DNA from: Aphanothece sp. CMT-3BRIN-NPC111
Lineage (GTDB): Bacteria > Cyanobacteriota > Cyanobacteriia > Cyanobacteriales > JAHHGU01
Assembly: GCA_019359765.1 (NCBI GenBank)
Contig: JAHHGU010000009.1
Span: 18,776 to 82,775 of the forward strand
Length of the DNA: 64,000 bases
Direction of reading: 5' to 3'
Below the pieces are notes generated by a model, which searched no databases, was not told where the DNA came from, and saw only the letters and a program-made list of their open reading frames with translations. Both the position numbers and the translations under genes were made by a program. Within the stretch, counting starts at the first letter, position 1. Each line of letters starts with the position of its first letter. Of the stretch, positions 51,442 through 61,088 are shown in pieces.

Positions 51442-53703
51442 TTGCTTTTTTGTGAGGAGAGAACGGTGAGACAGCCTCAAGAATTACATGGAATCTGGGT
51501 TGGAGGAGCGGCGATCGCACTTTTTGCTCAGCCAGTCTGGGCGGCGGCAACTCCAGTGACATCAGTGCGACTCAATCCTACCCAGAGTAGCCTTGAGGTC
51601 ATCCTGGAGACTCAAGCAGGCGAGGCCAAAGGCTCGGACTCTGCTGTACGCCCTGAAGCTTTCACGGTTAGCCGTGGCAATGAATTGATCGCAGATCTGA
51701 GCGACACGCAGCTGCGGTTGAACAAGGGGAACAGTTTCCGTCAAGAAAACCCCATGCCGGGAATCGCTGCCGTTGCTGTAACTCAGCTGGATGACAACAA
51801 AATTCGGGTGAGCGTCAGTGGCGCAAATAGCCCACCAACTGGGCAGGTTCTCCGCACAGAAGGTAAGGCGATCGCCTTCAGCTTTAGCCCAGGAGCGGCA
51901 GATCAGCCAGCACTAGGTGATAAAGCTTCGCCAACAAGTGCGATCGCACCGGCTTTGGCTCCTATACGTACAGCCCAACTACCACAGGTGCCACCACAAA
52001 ATTCTCCGATACCGCCGCCTCAAACAACCCCAGCATCTCCAGGCGTTCTCGTTCCCAACCCTGACATCAGGATTGATGGCAATCCCATTCCCCCAGCTGG
52101 TGCGGTTCAACCTGGTGCAGCGGCACCTCCCTTCTTGCCAAGGGCGGTGGCACCGCCAGTAGGTGATATTTCCGTTTCCAATATTAATGCCTCTGCGGGC
52201 AGCATCGATCTAGGTAGCACCACGCGCATACCCAGGCTGGTATTAAAAAATGCTCCTAGCAGAGAAGTTTTGGAGGTGCTTGCCCGTGCGGCTGGTCTCA
52301 ACGTGGTGTTTTTTAGCGGCAGCGGAACCGGTGACCAAGGTGCTCCTGTAGACCCAAATGCTCCGGGAGGCCAAACTACTCAGGGAGGACCGCTAATTTC
52401 TCTGAATGTAGAAGACGAATCTGTTCAAGATGTCTTTAACAACGTCATCCAGCTTTCTGGGCTACAGGCAAATCGAATTGGGCGCACGATTTTCGTAGGT
52501 TCCCAGCTGCCGGAAAGCGCCCGCAATATCATCTCTCGTAGCTTCCGCCTCAACCAAGTTCCAGCTGGGCAAGCAGTTGGTTTTCTGGTTAGTCAGGGAG
52601 CAGAGCGACAGCAGGTTACAACTCAGACGACTCTCACCGTTGTCGGCGAGGGACCTGCGGCTCAAAGAATTACCAACACGACAACAGCGGTTTCCAGAAT
52701 CGCCGCAGCGGATATTACGCCGCCAGTACAAGCGCCAGGGCTGCCACCAGGACAGCCAAGAATAGCACCCCTATTACTCAGGGGGTTATTAGTAAGTCCT
52801 GATGAGCGTCTCAACGCCGTCACCTTGGTTGGCGAACCTCGTCAGGTTGAGGTTGCTTCAGCTTTATTGACTCAGTTAGACTTGCGGCGTCGCCAAGTGG
52901 CAATCAACGTCAAGATCCTTGATGTCAATCTATCGAACACCGATCAATTTAACAGCAGCTTATCCTTTGGCATCGGGAACAGCTTCTTTAACTTTACCCC
53001 AGCAACTCCCGGAGGAATTAGCGGTATAAATTTGGGCGGTGGAATTCCAGCCGGCTCTAGCTCCGCATTTCAACTCCAATTGCAGGCTGCCATTACCAAT
53101 GGCAACGCCAAAATTTTGACTGACCCAACTCTAGTGGTACAAGAGAGTCAAACGGCTACAGTCAACCTCACTCAGGATGTCTTTGGAGGGTTTACTACCA
53201 GGACAGTAACTGATCCCACTACTAACCTAACGAGTCAAGTTGTGGAACCGATCATTAATGAGGCAGGCTTAACCCTGAATGTCCAGGTAAATCAAATTGA
53301 CGACAACGGCTTTGTGACGCTAGCTGTGAATCCGACTATCTCTTCACCTTCAGGTTCTGTAAGCACTGCCCAAGGTGCTATTGGGCTTATACAACGGCGG
53401 GAACTGGCATCTGGACAAATTCGCCTCCGAGACGGTCAGACGCTAATCATCTCAGGCATAATTCAGGAATCAGACCAGTCAACCGTAACTAAGGTTCCCA
53501 TTTTAGGTGATATTCCCCTACTAGGTGCTCTCTTTAGACGCACTAACCGGTCGAATCAGCGTAATGAGGTGGTTGTATTACTGACACCTCAGATTATTGA
53601 TGACTCCGCTCCTTCCTCCTTTGGCTACACCTACACGCCAGGGTCAGATGCGCGCCAACTCCTGCAAAGGCAAGGATTTCCTACTCAAGGTGGGAACAGG
53701 TAG
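51442..53703 (+). CDS. pilQ: Type IV pilus secretin with AMIN domain
   Basis: DERLNAV, LDLRRRQV and KVPILGDIPLLGALFR; likely start at GTG 51466. Confidence 0.93.
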   Translation: MLFCEERTVRQPQELHGIWVGGAAIALFAQPVWAAATPVTSVRLNPTQSSLEVILETQAGEAKGSDSAVRPEAFTVSRGNELIADLSDTQLRLNKGNSFRQENPMPGIAAVAVTQLDDNKIRVSVSGANSPPTGQVLRTEGKAIAFSFSPGAADQPALGDKASPTSAIAPALAPIRTAQLPQVPPQNSPIPPPQTTPASPGVLVPNPDIRIDGNPIPPAGAVQPGAAAPPFLPRAVAPPVGDISVSNINASAGSIDLGSTTRIPRLVLKNAPSREVLEVLARAAGLNVVFFSGSGTGDQGAPVDPNAPGGQTTQGGPLISLNVEDESVQDVFNNVIQLSGLQANRIGRTIFVGSQLPESARNIISRSFRLNQVPAGQAVGFLVSQGAERQQVTTQTTLTVVGEGPAAQRITNTTTAVSRIAAADITPPVQAPGLPPGQPRIAPLLLRGLLVSPDERLNAVTLVGEPRQVEVASALLTQLDLRRRQVAINVKILDVNLSNTDQFNSSLSFGIGNSFFNFTPATPGGISGINLGGGIPAGSSSAFQLQLQAAITNGNAKILTDPTLVVQESQTATVNLTQDVFGGFTTRTVTDPTTNLTSQVVEPIINEAGLTLNVQVNQIDDNGFVTLAVNPTISSPSGSVSTAQGAIGLIQRRELASGQIRLRDGQTLIISGIIQESDQSTVTKVPILGDIPLLGALFRRTNRSNQRNEVVVLLTPQIIDDSAPSSFGYTYTPGSDARQLLQRQGFPTQGGNR

Positions 53704-54062
53704 CACAGTAGAGACGTTCCGCCGGAACGTCTCTATGATATTGGGGTGAGTTGGCGCGTCAACTCTACTTATATCTGGGTTCTAGTTGCTCGCCAGCCCA
53801 AAATATGACCTCTCGATAACGAGATTATGCTGTTGCAGACAAACGCCAAAATACCCAAAAAGACTGAAATCCACATAAATTAAAGGTTTCACCGATCCAT
53901 ATCCGGCAAGCACACCTTAGAATATTGCAGTGAAAGTTCGATCCGGCGAGAGTTTCAGCTATTTTTAGTTGAAATTACTTTTGTTGGGTCACGGCTAGAT
54001 CTCTACGCGGAGATCGAGAAACCAATTTTTCACTTGTTGTGTAAACGATAAGGAGATTCTCA

Positions 54063-54344
54063 ATGAACAAGGGCGAATTAGTTGATAAGGTTGCTGAAAA
54101 GGCGAGTGTGACGAAGAAGCAGGCAGATGCGGTGTTAACTGCTGCTTTGGAATCGATCATGGAAGCTGTTTCCGGTGGCGACAAAGTTACTTTGGTGGGC
54201 TTCGGTTCCTTTGAATCACGGGAACGCAAAGCCCGTGAGGGTCGCAATCCTAAAACTGGTGACAAGATGGAAATTCCAGCAACCAAAGTTCCGGCTTTTT
54301 CTGCTGGTAAGTTGTTCAAAGATAAAGTCGCGCCGGAAGAATAA
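54063..54344 (+). CDS. hup: DNA-binding protein HU
   Basis: MNKGELV...VGFGSF...GRNPKTG. Confidence 0.98.
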   Translation: MNKGELVDKVAEKASVTKKQADAVLTAALESIMEAVSGGDKVTLVGFGSFESRERKAREGRNPKTGDKMEIPATKVPAFSAGKLFKDKVAPEE

Positions 54345-54370
54345 AGGTTTATCTTAGGCGGAATTAATCC

Positions 54371-55447
54371 TTGAATCGGCCTGTACATGGGGGAAATTTA
54401 GTTTGGGCAGCTGCACTGGCAGGCTGTCCCGCTTCCCTCATTCTTGACTTTTCTGCGAGTATCAATCCGTTGGGGCCTCCCCCTACGGCTCTAGCAGCTA
54501 TTCAAGCTCATCTAACGGCACTAGGAAGCTACCCTGACCCACATTACCAGCAGCTAAGAGCGGCTCTGGGTCAGGTACACCAACTTTCGCCGGAGTGGAT
54601 TCTGCCCGGAAACGGCTCTGCGGAGTTGTTAACTTGGGCAGGCTGGGATTTGTCCGAGCTAGAGGTAACGTGGCTGATTACCCCAGCTTTTGGCGATTAT
54701 TGGCGGGCACTCAGGGCATTTGGTGCCAATGTGCTTGAGTGTCCCCTTTCTGATTTAAAGTTTGGGATTTGGGATTTGGGATTGGTAATTGGAAGTCTAA
54801 AATCCTCGACTCCAAGTAGTCGTGGTCTCCTGCTGAATAATCCCCACAATCCAACGGGTCAAATCTTTTCCAGGGAGACGATTGTGCCTCTGTTGGAGCA
54901 ATTTGCTCTAGTCGTCGTGGATGAAGCCTTTATGGACTTTATAACGCCCGATGAGGAGCAAAGTTTGATACGGTTGGTAACCCAATTTCCCAATTTGGTG
55001 ATTTTGCGATCGCTCACCAAGTTCTACAGCTTGCCGGGGCTACGACTCGGTTATGCGATCGCGCATCCAGATCGACTGCGACGCTGGCAAAAGTGGCGCG
55101 ATCCCTGGCCGGTTAACACTTTAGCCGCTGCCGCCGGTGAGGCGGTGGTAAAGGATAAAGACTTTCAACAGCAAACTTGGAATTGGCTGGAACCAGCGAA
55201 GTCACAGCTGTTTGAGGGTTTGGCGCAGAAACCAGGGTTGCAACCATTACCCGGTGCCGCTAACTTTTTATTGGTTGAGTCAAAACAACCGAGTTCACAG
55301 GTACAAGAAAGACTTCTCCAGCATAGTCAGATTCTCATCCGCGACTGCCTGAGTTTTCCTCAACTGGGCGATCGCTATTTCCGGGTTGCAGTACGTTCTC
55401 ATGCGGATAACCAGCGCCTACTGCAAGGTCTAGCCGAAATTCTCTAG
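54371..55447 (+). CDS. cobD: Threonine-phosphate decarboxylase
   Basis: HGGN, DFSASINPLG, NPHNPTG, DEAFMDF and SLTKFYSLPGLRLG. Confidence 0.9.
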   Translation: MNRPVHGGNLVWAAALAGCPASLILDFSASINPLGPPPTALAAIQAHLTALGSYPDPHYQQLRAALGQVHQLSPEWILPGNGSAELLTWAGWDLSELEVTWLITPAFGDYWRALRAFGANVLECPLSDLKFGIWDLGLVIGSLKSSTPSSRGLLLNNPHNPTGQIFSRETIVPLLEQFALVVVDEAFMDFITPDEEQSLIRLVTQFPNLVILRSLTKFYSLPGLRLGYAIAHPDRLRRWQKWRDPWPVNTLAAAAGEAVVKDKDFQQQTWNWLEPAKSQLFEGLAQKPGLQPLPGAANFLLVESKQPSSQVQERLLQHSQILIRDCLSFPQLGDRYFRVAVRSHADNQRLLQGLAEIL

Positions 55448-55467
55448 TCAGCACCAAAACAAGGAAT

Positions 55468-56946
55468 ATGGCAGTTGAATACGACCTCGTCGTCATTGGG
55501 GGCAGCACTGCTGGTATTTATGCCGCAGTTACCGCCGCTCGCCTCCAAGCCCGTGTCGCCCTAGTAGAACCACAACCGCAGCAGAAAAATTGGTTGGAGG
55601 CTGGGTTAATTCACGGCAACACTTTCGCCCAGCAATTTGGTGTTCCCTGGGAAACAGGGGAGCTGGGGGAGCAGAGGGATTTAAAACCTGCATCAACTAC
55701 TTATGACCACACCCATCAACAAGTAGCATCAATTCAATTTGCACAAGCCTGGGAGTGGGCAAGTGAAGTCGTCTCTACCCTGGAAGAACAGCATTCCCCA
55801 GCTGTATTAGCGTCTTTGGGCGTCGATGTGATTGCCGGGGAGGGTGAATTTTGCCGCCGCCCCCATCTAGCCTTTGTCGTCAAAAACCGACATTTACGCG
55901 CTCGCGCCTACCTAATTGCTACTGGCTCTCGTCAAGCGGTGACGGACATTGAAGGACTGCAAACCACCGGCTATCTCACGCCAAGAGATATTTGGCAGCA
56001 ACCACACTGTGAAAACCTGCCCAGCAACTGCGTGGTGATTGGCGGTAATGCTGTTGGCACCGAACTGGCTCAGGCTCTGGCACGGCTAGGAGCCACTGTA
56101 ACGCTCGTAGTTAGGGGTTCCCATATCCTGCCTTTAGAAGACCCGGAGGCAGCGCATCTTGTTCAGGCTCAGCTGGAAGCCGAGGGCGTTTGCGTCCTTA
56201 CCCAAACGGAAGTAACGCAAGTAAAATCAATTGAAGGCAAGAAGTGGGTTTTGGCTGGCAACAAAGCCATTGAAGCGGATGAAATAATGGTTGCAGCTGG
56301 GCAGCAGCCGAATCTAGAAGCATTAAATTTGGAAGGCGTCGGGGTGAAGTGGAATCGGCGTGGTATTCAGGTGAACAAGAAACTGCAAACCACAAACCCC
56401 CGCATCTATGCTTGCGGGGACGTAATCGGTGGGTATCAGTTTCCCCACATTGCCAATTACGAGGCTAGAATTGCTCTGAAGAATGCGTTATTTTTGCCTG
56501 TATTTAAAGTCAATTATCGGGGGATTCCCTGGGCAATATTCTCCAATCCTATACTCACAAGGGTGGGGCTGACAGAAGCTCAAGCAAGACGCCGTTATGG
56601 TAAAGAGATATTGGTATTGCGGCAATATTTTAAGACGGTGGGCAAAGCTTTGCTGCTTGGAGAAACAACTGGTTTGTGTAAAATTATTGTGCGTGGCAAC
56701 GGGGAAATTTTAGGAGCAACAATAGTAGGGCCGGAAGCTGATGAGTTGATTCATGCGATCGCACTGGCTATACGGCAGAAGTTAAAGGTGGGCGCGATCG
56801 CAGATCTGCCTCATATTTCCCCCACCCTCTCAGAAATTACCCACCAAGCCGCCGCTGAGTGGCATCACCAACGCCTCAGCAGCAATACCCGACTCAAAGA
56901 CTTACTGGAAGGCTTCTTTAACCTGCGGCGATCGTGGTGTTCTTAA
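55468..56946 (+). CDS. Pyridine nucleotide-disulfide oxidoreductase-like flavoprotein (MerA/LpdA-like) lacking CxxxxC
   Basis: YDLVVIGG, IATGS, TTNPRIYACGD and VGLTEAQA; no redox Cys motif. Confidence 0.85.
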   Translation: MAVEYDLVVIGGSTAGIYAAVTAARLQARVALVEPQPQQKNWLEAGLIHGNTFAQQFGVPWETGELGEQRDLKPASTTYDHTHQQVASIQFAQAWEWASEVVSTLEEQHSPAVLASLGVDVIAGEGEFCRRPHLAFVVKNRHLRARAYLIATGSRQAVTDIEGLQTTGYLTPRDIWQQPHCENLPSNCVVIGGNAVGTELAQALARLGATVTLVVRGSHILPLEDPEAAHLVQAQLEAEGVCVLTQTEVTQVKSIEGKKWVLAGNKAIEADEIMVAAGQQPNLEALNLEGVGVKWNRRGIQVNKKLQTTNPRIYACGDVIGGYQFPHIANYEARIALKNALFLPVFKVNYRGIPWAIFSNPILTRVGLTEAQARRRYGKEILVLRQYFKTVGKALLLGETTGLCKIIVRGNGEILGATIVGPEADELIHAIALAIRQKLKVGAIADLPHISPTLSEITHQAAAEWHHQRLSSNTRLKDLLEGFFNLRRSWCS

Positions 56947-57142
56947 GATAAACGCGAAAGGCTTATTTATAGCCAATTGCTCCAGTCATATTTTGACAAC
57001 ACCTGCCAGTATCTATTGCTACTCAGGCGCGTGTTAGTAGTGCAGTCTGGCTGGGTAATTTAATAGTAGGCACTGCTAATAACGAGAATGGCTCTCAGTT
57101 GGCACTGATGGCAAGCGATCGCCTTTTATTTGGTATGGCATT

Positions 57143-59758
57143 ATGATTAACCCCGCGTCCATCATTCCCCCGGATGAAGTAGAACGGCTAAAAGTCTTAC
57201 GCCGCTATGAAATTCTCGATACCCCCCATGATGGAGCTTTTGACCGGATCACAGCCTTAGCTTCCCGATTTTTCAACGTCCCGATCGCAATTGTTAGCCT
57301 TGTTGACGAGGACAGGATTTGGTTTAAGTCTCATCACGGGTTAGAGGTACAACAGATTGGACGCGAGCCAGGATTATGCGCCAGTGCCATTTTGCAAGAC
57401 GAAGTTTACACCGTTTTGGATGCCAAAGTAGACCCTCGCACATTAGCTAATCCTTTGGTAGCGGGAGACTTTGGACTGCGTTTCTATGCCGCCGCTCCAT
57501 TGATTACAAAAGATAATTTCAAATTGGGAACTGTCTGTGTAATTGATAGCCAACCGCGTGAGATTACAGAAGCCGAAAAGGCAACATTGAGAGACTTCGC
57601 AGCAATTGTTATCAACGAACTAGATTTGCGACTTGCCGCTAAAAAAGCTGTAGAGACAGAAGCAGCACTAAAAATGGCGGCAGAAGAAGCAAGCCGTGCC
57701 AAAAGTGAATTTCTAGCAGCAATGAGCCATGAGATTCGTACTCCTATGAATGGGGTAATAGGCATTACAGGACCATTGCTCAATACAGAGTTGACTTTCC
57801 AGCAGCGCAATTTTGTCGAAATAATTCGTAGCAGTGGCGAAACCTTACTTACCCTCATTAACGACATTCTCGACTTCTCCAAAATTGAGTCCAAAATGAT
57901 CGAGATGGAAGAACAACCCTTTAGCCTGCTAGCTTGCCTAGAGAGTGCCCTAGATGCGATCGCACTGACGGCGGCAGAAAAAGGCTTAGAGTTGGCTTAC
58001 TTGCTAGAACCAGAAACCCCCAGCACGATCGTAGGGGATGTTACCAGGCTGCGCCAAATTCTCGTGAATTTATTGAGTAACGCCGTCAAATTTACAGCAG
58101 AGGGCGAAGTTGTCGTATCGGTAACAGCCCAGAAATTGGCAGATGGAAAAGAATTTACTTCCTCATCTCTCTCTAGTCCCTGTGCCAGTTACGAGATCCA
58201 CTTTGCTGTCAAAGATACAGGAATTGGTATTCCCTCTGATCGAATGGATCGCTTGTTTAAGTCCTTTAGCCAGGTTGATTCTTATATCACTCGTCAATAT
58301 GGCGGTACTGGATTGGGACTAGCTATCAGCCAGCAACTGAGTGAATTAATGGGTGGTAAGATGTGGGTTGATAGTGTTGTTGGAGTTGGCTCTACATTTC
58401 ATTTCACTATAGTTGTCCCAGCTGTTATCGAAACCTCTCCGCTTGAACTTAATCTTGCCCAGAGCGACTTGACTAGAAAACAACTTTTAATTGTAGATGA
58501 TAATGCTACCAATCGCCAGATTTTGGCTTGGCAAGCCCAGTCTTGGGGAATGTATACGCACAGTTGTGCATCGGGTACTGAAGCTTTAAATCGGCTGCGT
58601 CAGGATCGGGGTTTTGACATAGCTATTCTAGATATGCAAATGCCAGGAATGGATGGATTGAATCTGGCTAAAAAAATCCGCGCCTTACCTGGCTACCAGA
58701 AATTACCATTAGTAATGTTAACCTCCCTAGACAGCCTAGACTTTGGCAAAGAAGTAGAGGATATAAAATTTGCAGCTTGCCTGAACAAACCTGTTAAACA
58801 ATCCCAAATATATAATGCCTTGAGCGGTATGTTGACTAGACAGCCAATTAAGGTGCAAGTAATTAGCAACCTAGTCTCTAGCCGAACCAACTCCACCCCA
58901 ACTACACTTGCTCCCCATTTTGCACAACAGCACCCCTTGCGAATTTTGGTAGCCGAGGATGATAGAGTGAATCAGCTAGTTGCCATGTCCCTACTGCAAC
59001 AGCTTGGGTATCAAGCTAATGTGGCTGGCAATGGTGTGGAAGTGCTGGAAGCTCTGCACCGTCACCCCTATGATGTGGTGTTCATGGATGTGCATATGCC
59101 TATCATGGATGGATTGTCAGCCACTAAGCGCATTATTATTGAATCTTCTGGTAATTCACGTCCTCGAATTATTGCTATGACAGCTAATGCCATGCAAGGT
59201 GACAAAGAAAAGTGTCTCGAAGCGGGCATGGACGACTATATCAGCAAGCCCGTCAGAGAAGAAGAGCTAGTTAAAGCTTTGCTTAAATGTCAGCCGCAGA
59301 ATGAGAACCATATCCCCCAAGAGCCTACTTTTTTAAGAGCAGAAGAGCCAGTAAAAAGAGAATATAATTCTACTTTATTCACGAACAACTCAAAAACTAG
59401 CAGTGCAATTGATTTTACAATACTGCAATCATTTTCTAAAACCGTAGGAAAAAATGCCTCTTCTATCGTGGCTCAGTTAATTACTTGCTATCTAGAAGAT
59501 TCTCCTCAACTTTTACAAGAAATCAAGAAGGGGCTAATGCACAATGAGCTTACAGTTGTTAAACAGGCATCCCACAGCCTAAAATCAACTAGCGCTGCAA
59601 TAGGTGCTACAAATCTTGCTCAACTATCCAAAGAACTAGAAGCGCTTATTATTGCTGGAACAGTTCAAGATGCATTGGAAAAAGTGCAGCGAATTGAAGC
59701 CGAGTATGAAATGGTTAAAAGTGCTTTGCATAAGGAAAACCAATGGACTCAGGTATAA
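57143..59758 (+). CDS. Hybrid histidine kinase GAF-HisKA-HATPase-REC-REC-Hpt
   Basis: MSHEIRTPMNG, NAVKFT, GGTGLGL, two receiver domains and an Hpt (HSLKSTS). Confidence 0.95.
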   Translation: MINPASIIPPDEVERLKVLRRYEILDTPHDGAFDRITALASRFFNVPIAIVSLVDEDRIWFKSHHGLEVQQIGREPGLCASAILQDEVYTVLDAKVDPRTLANPLVAGDFGLRFYAAAPLITKDNFKLGTVCVIDSQPREITEAEKATLRDFAAIVINELDLRLAAKKAVETEAALKMAAEEASRAKSEFLAAMSHEIRTPMNGVIGITGPLLNTELTFQQRNFVEIIRSSGETLLTLINDILDFSKIESKMIEMEEQPFSLLACLESALDAIALTAAEKGLELAYLLEPETPSTIVGDVTRLRQILVNLLSNAVKFTAEGEVVVSVTAQKLADGKEFTSSSLSSPCASYEIHFAVKDTGIGIPSDRMDRLFKSFSQVDSYITRQYGGTGLGLAISQQLSELMGGKMWVDSVVGVGSTFHFTIVVPAVIETSPLELNLAQSDLTRKQLLIVDDNATNRQILAWQAQSWGMYTHSCASGTEALNRLRQDRGFDIAILDMQMPGMDGLNLAKKIRALPGYQKLPLVMLTSLDSLDFGKEVEDIKFAACLNKPVKQSQIYNALSGMLTRQPIKVQVISNLVSSRTNSTPTTLAPHFAQQHPLRILVAEDDRVNQLVAMSLLQQLGYQANVAGNGVEVLEALHRHPYDVVFMDVHMPIMDGLSATKRIIIESSGNSRPRIIAMTANAMQGDKEKCLEAGMDDYISKPVREEELVKALLKCQPQNENHIPQEPTFLRAEEPVKREYNSTLFTNNSKTSSAIDFTILQSFSKTVGKNASSIVAQLITCYLEDSPQLLQEIKKGLMHNELTVVKQASHSLKSTSAAIGATNLAQLSKELEALIIAGTVQDALEKVQRIEAEYEMVKSALHKENQWTQV

Positions 59759-60924
59759 ATATAGTTTCAACCCAAAAATATTCTGCCTTAGTTCTGGTAG
59801 TCGATGATGACAGGTTATTGCGGATGCAGCTAAGCTGCTTTATGAAAGAAGAAGGATACCAGGTAGTAGAAGCGGCTGACGGAGAGCAGGCACTAGCCGC
59901 TTACGCTCGCTTTAATCCAGATGTTATCCTGTTGGATGGTCTAATGCCAGTGATGGATGGCTTTACTTGCTGTGCCAAATTGCAAACACTGCCTGGAGGC
60001 TCAAATACGCCCATATTAATGATTACGGCTCTTGACGATGCTGAATCCGTCGCCCAAGCTTTTTCTACTGGTGCCACAGATTACATAACTAAGCCGATTC
60101 ACTGGGAAGTACTACGTCAACGGGTGCGCCGTATCTTACAAGCTAGCTGGGCAATGGAAGAATTACGGCAGCAATCTTTGAAACAGCGGGAGGCCCTCGC
60201 CAAAGAAAGAGAACTCAGTGAACTTAAATCTCGCTTCATTTCTGTAGCCTCCCACGAGTTTCGCACCCCACTGACCACAATTATGAGTGCTGCTGAATGT
60301 TTAGAACATTACAGAAATAAATGGGCTGAAGATAAACAAATTGCTTATTTGCATCGTATCCAGTACAGCGTCAAACACATGACCGAATTGTTAAATGATG
60401 TGCTAACTTGTGCTAAAGCTAATGCGGAAAAAATCGAGTTTAATCCCGCCCCCATTGAGTTAGTAGAATTCTGCCATCAATTAACTGAGGAGATGCAACT
60501 AGGCGCTCATAATCAGCACCAAATTTTGTATATATGTTGCAGTGACTGTAGTGGGCAGCCGCTAGATTATGCTCATGCCTGTATGGACGAAAAGTTGCTT
60601 CGACACATTTTAAATAATTTACTTTCTAATGCAATTAAATATTCTCCTAAAGGTAGTACAATTTACTTTAAACTTGCTTGTGAAGAGGGAAAGGCTATTT
60701 TTTATATTCAAGACCAAGGTATAGGTATTCCCCCGGAAGACATTCCCCGACTATTTGAGAACTTTCACCGCAGCCAAAATGTTGGTACTATCCCAGGTAC
60801 AGGTTTGGGGCTAGCAATTGTCAAAAACTCTGTGGATATTCACGGAGGACGTATCACCGTTTGTAGTGCAGTCGGAATGGGCACAACATTTAAAGTTGAA
60901 CTGCCGTTAAATTACCAACTTTAA
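59743..60924 (+). CDS. Hybrid REC-histidine kinase
   Basis: VLVVDDD, LDGLMP, SHEFRTPL, NAIKYS and GTGLGL. Confidence 0.95.
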   Translation: MDSGINIVSTQKYSALVLVVDDDRLLRMQLSCFMKEEGYQVVEAADGEQALAAYARFNPDVILLDGLMPVMDGFTCCAKLQTLPGGSNTPILMITALDDAESVAQAFSTGATDYITKPIHWEVLRQRVRRILQASWAMEELRQQSLKQREALAKERELSELKSRFISVASHEFRTPLTTIMSAAECLEHYRNKWAEDKQIAYLHRIQYSVKHMTELLNDVLTCAKANAEKIEFNPAPIELVEFCHQLTEEMQLGAHNQHQILYICCSDCSGQPLDYAHACMDEKLLRHILNNLLSNAIKYSPKGSTIYFKLACEEGKAIFYIQDQGIGIPPEDIPRLFENFHRSQNVGTIPGTGLGLAIVKNSVDIHGGRITVCSAVGMGTTFKVELPLNYQL

Positions 60925-61088
60925 TAAAAATAGATGTAGGCTGTGAGAATAGATTTGCAAACGCTAGGAACACCAATAATATTAAAAAAATTACTAGGAA
61001 AATTCGTATAAAATTACTTCCACCTTAAGTGTGAATTGAAGCCTTACTTTAGTACAATAAAAACATTTCCAGCAAAGTTAGACGTAAA

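Noticed and set aside
53975-54388. 137-aa minus-strand ORF
   Set aside because: Antisense shadow of HU
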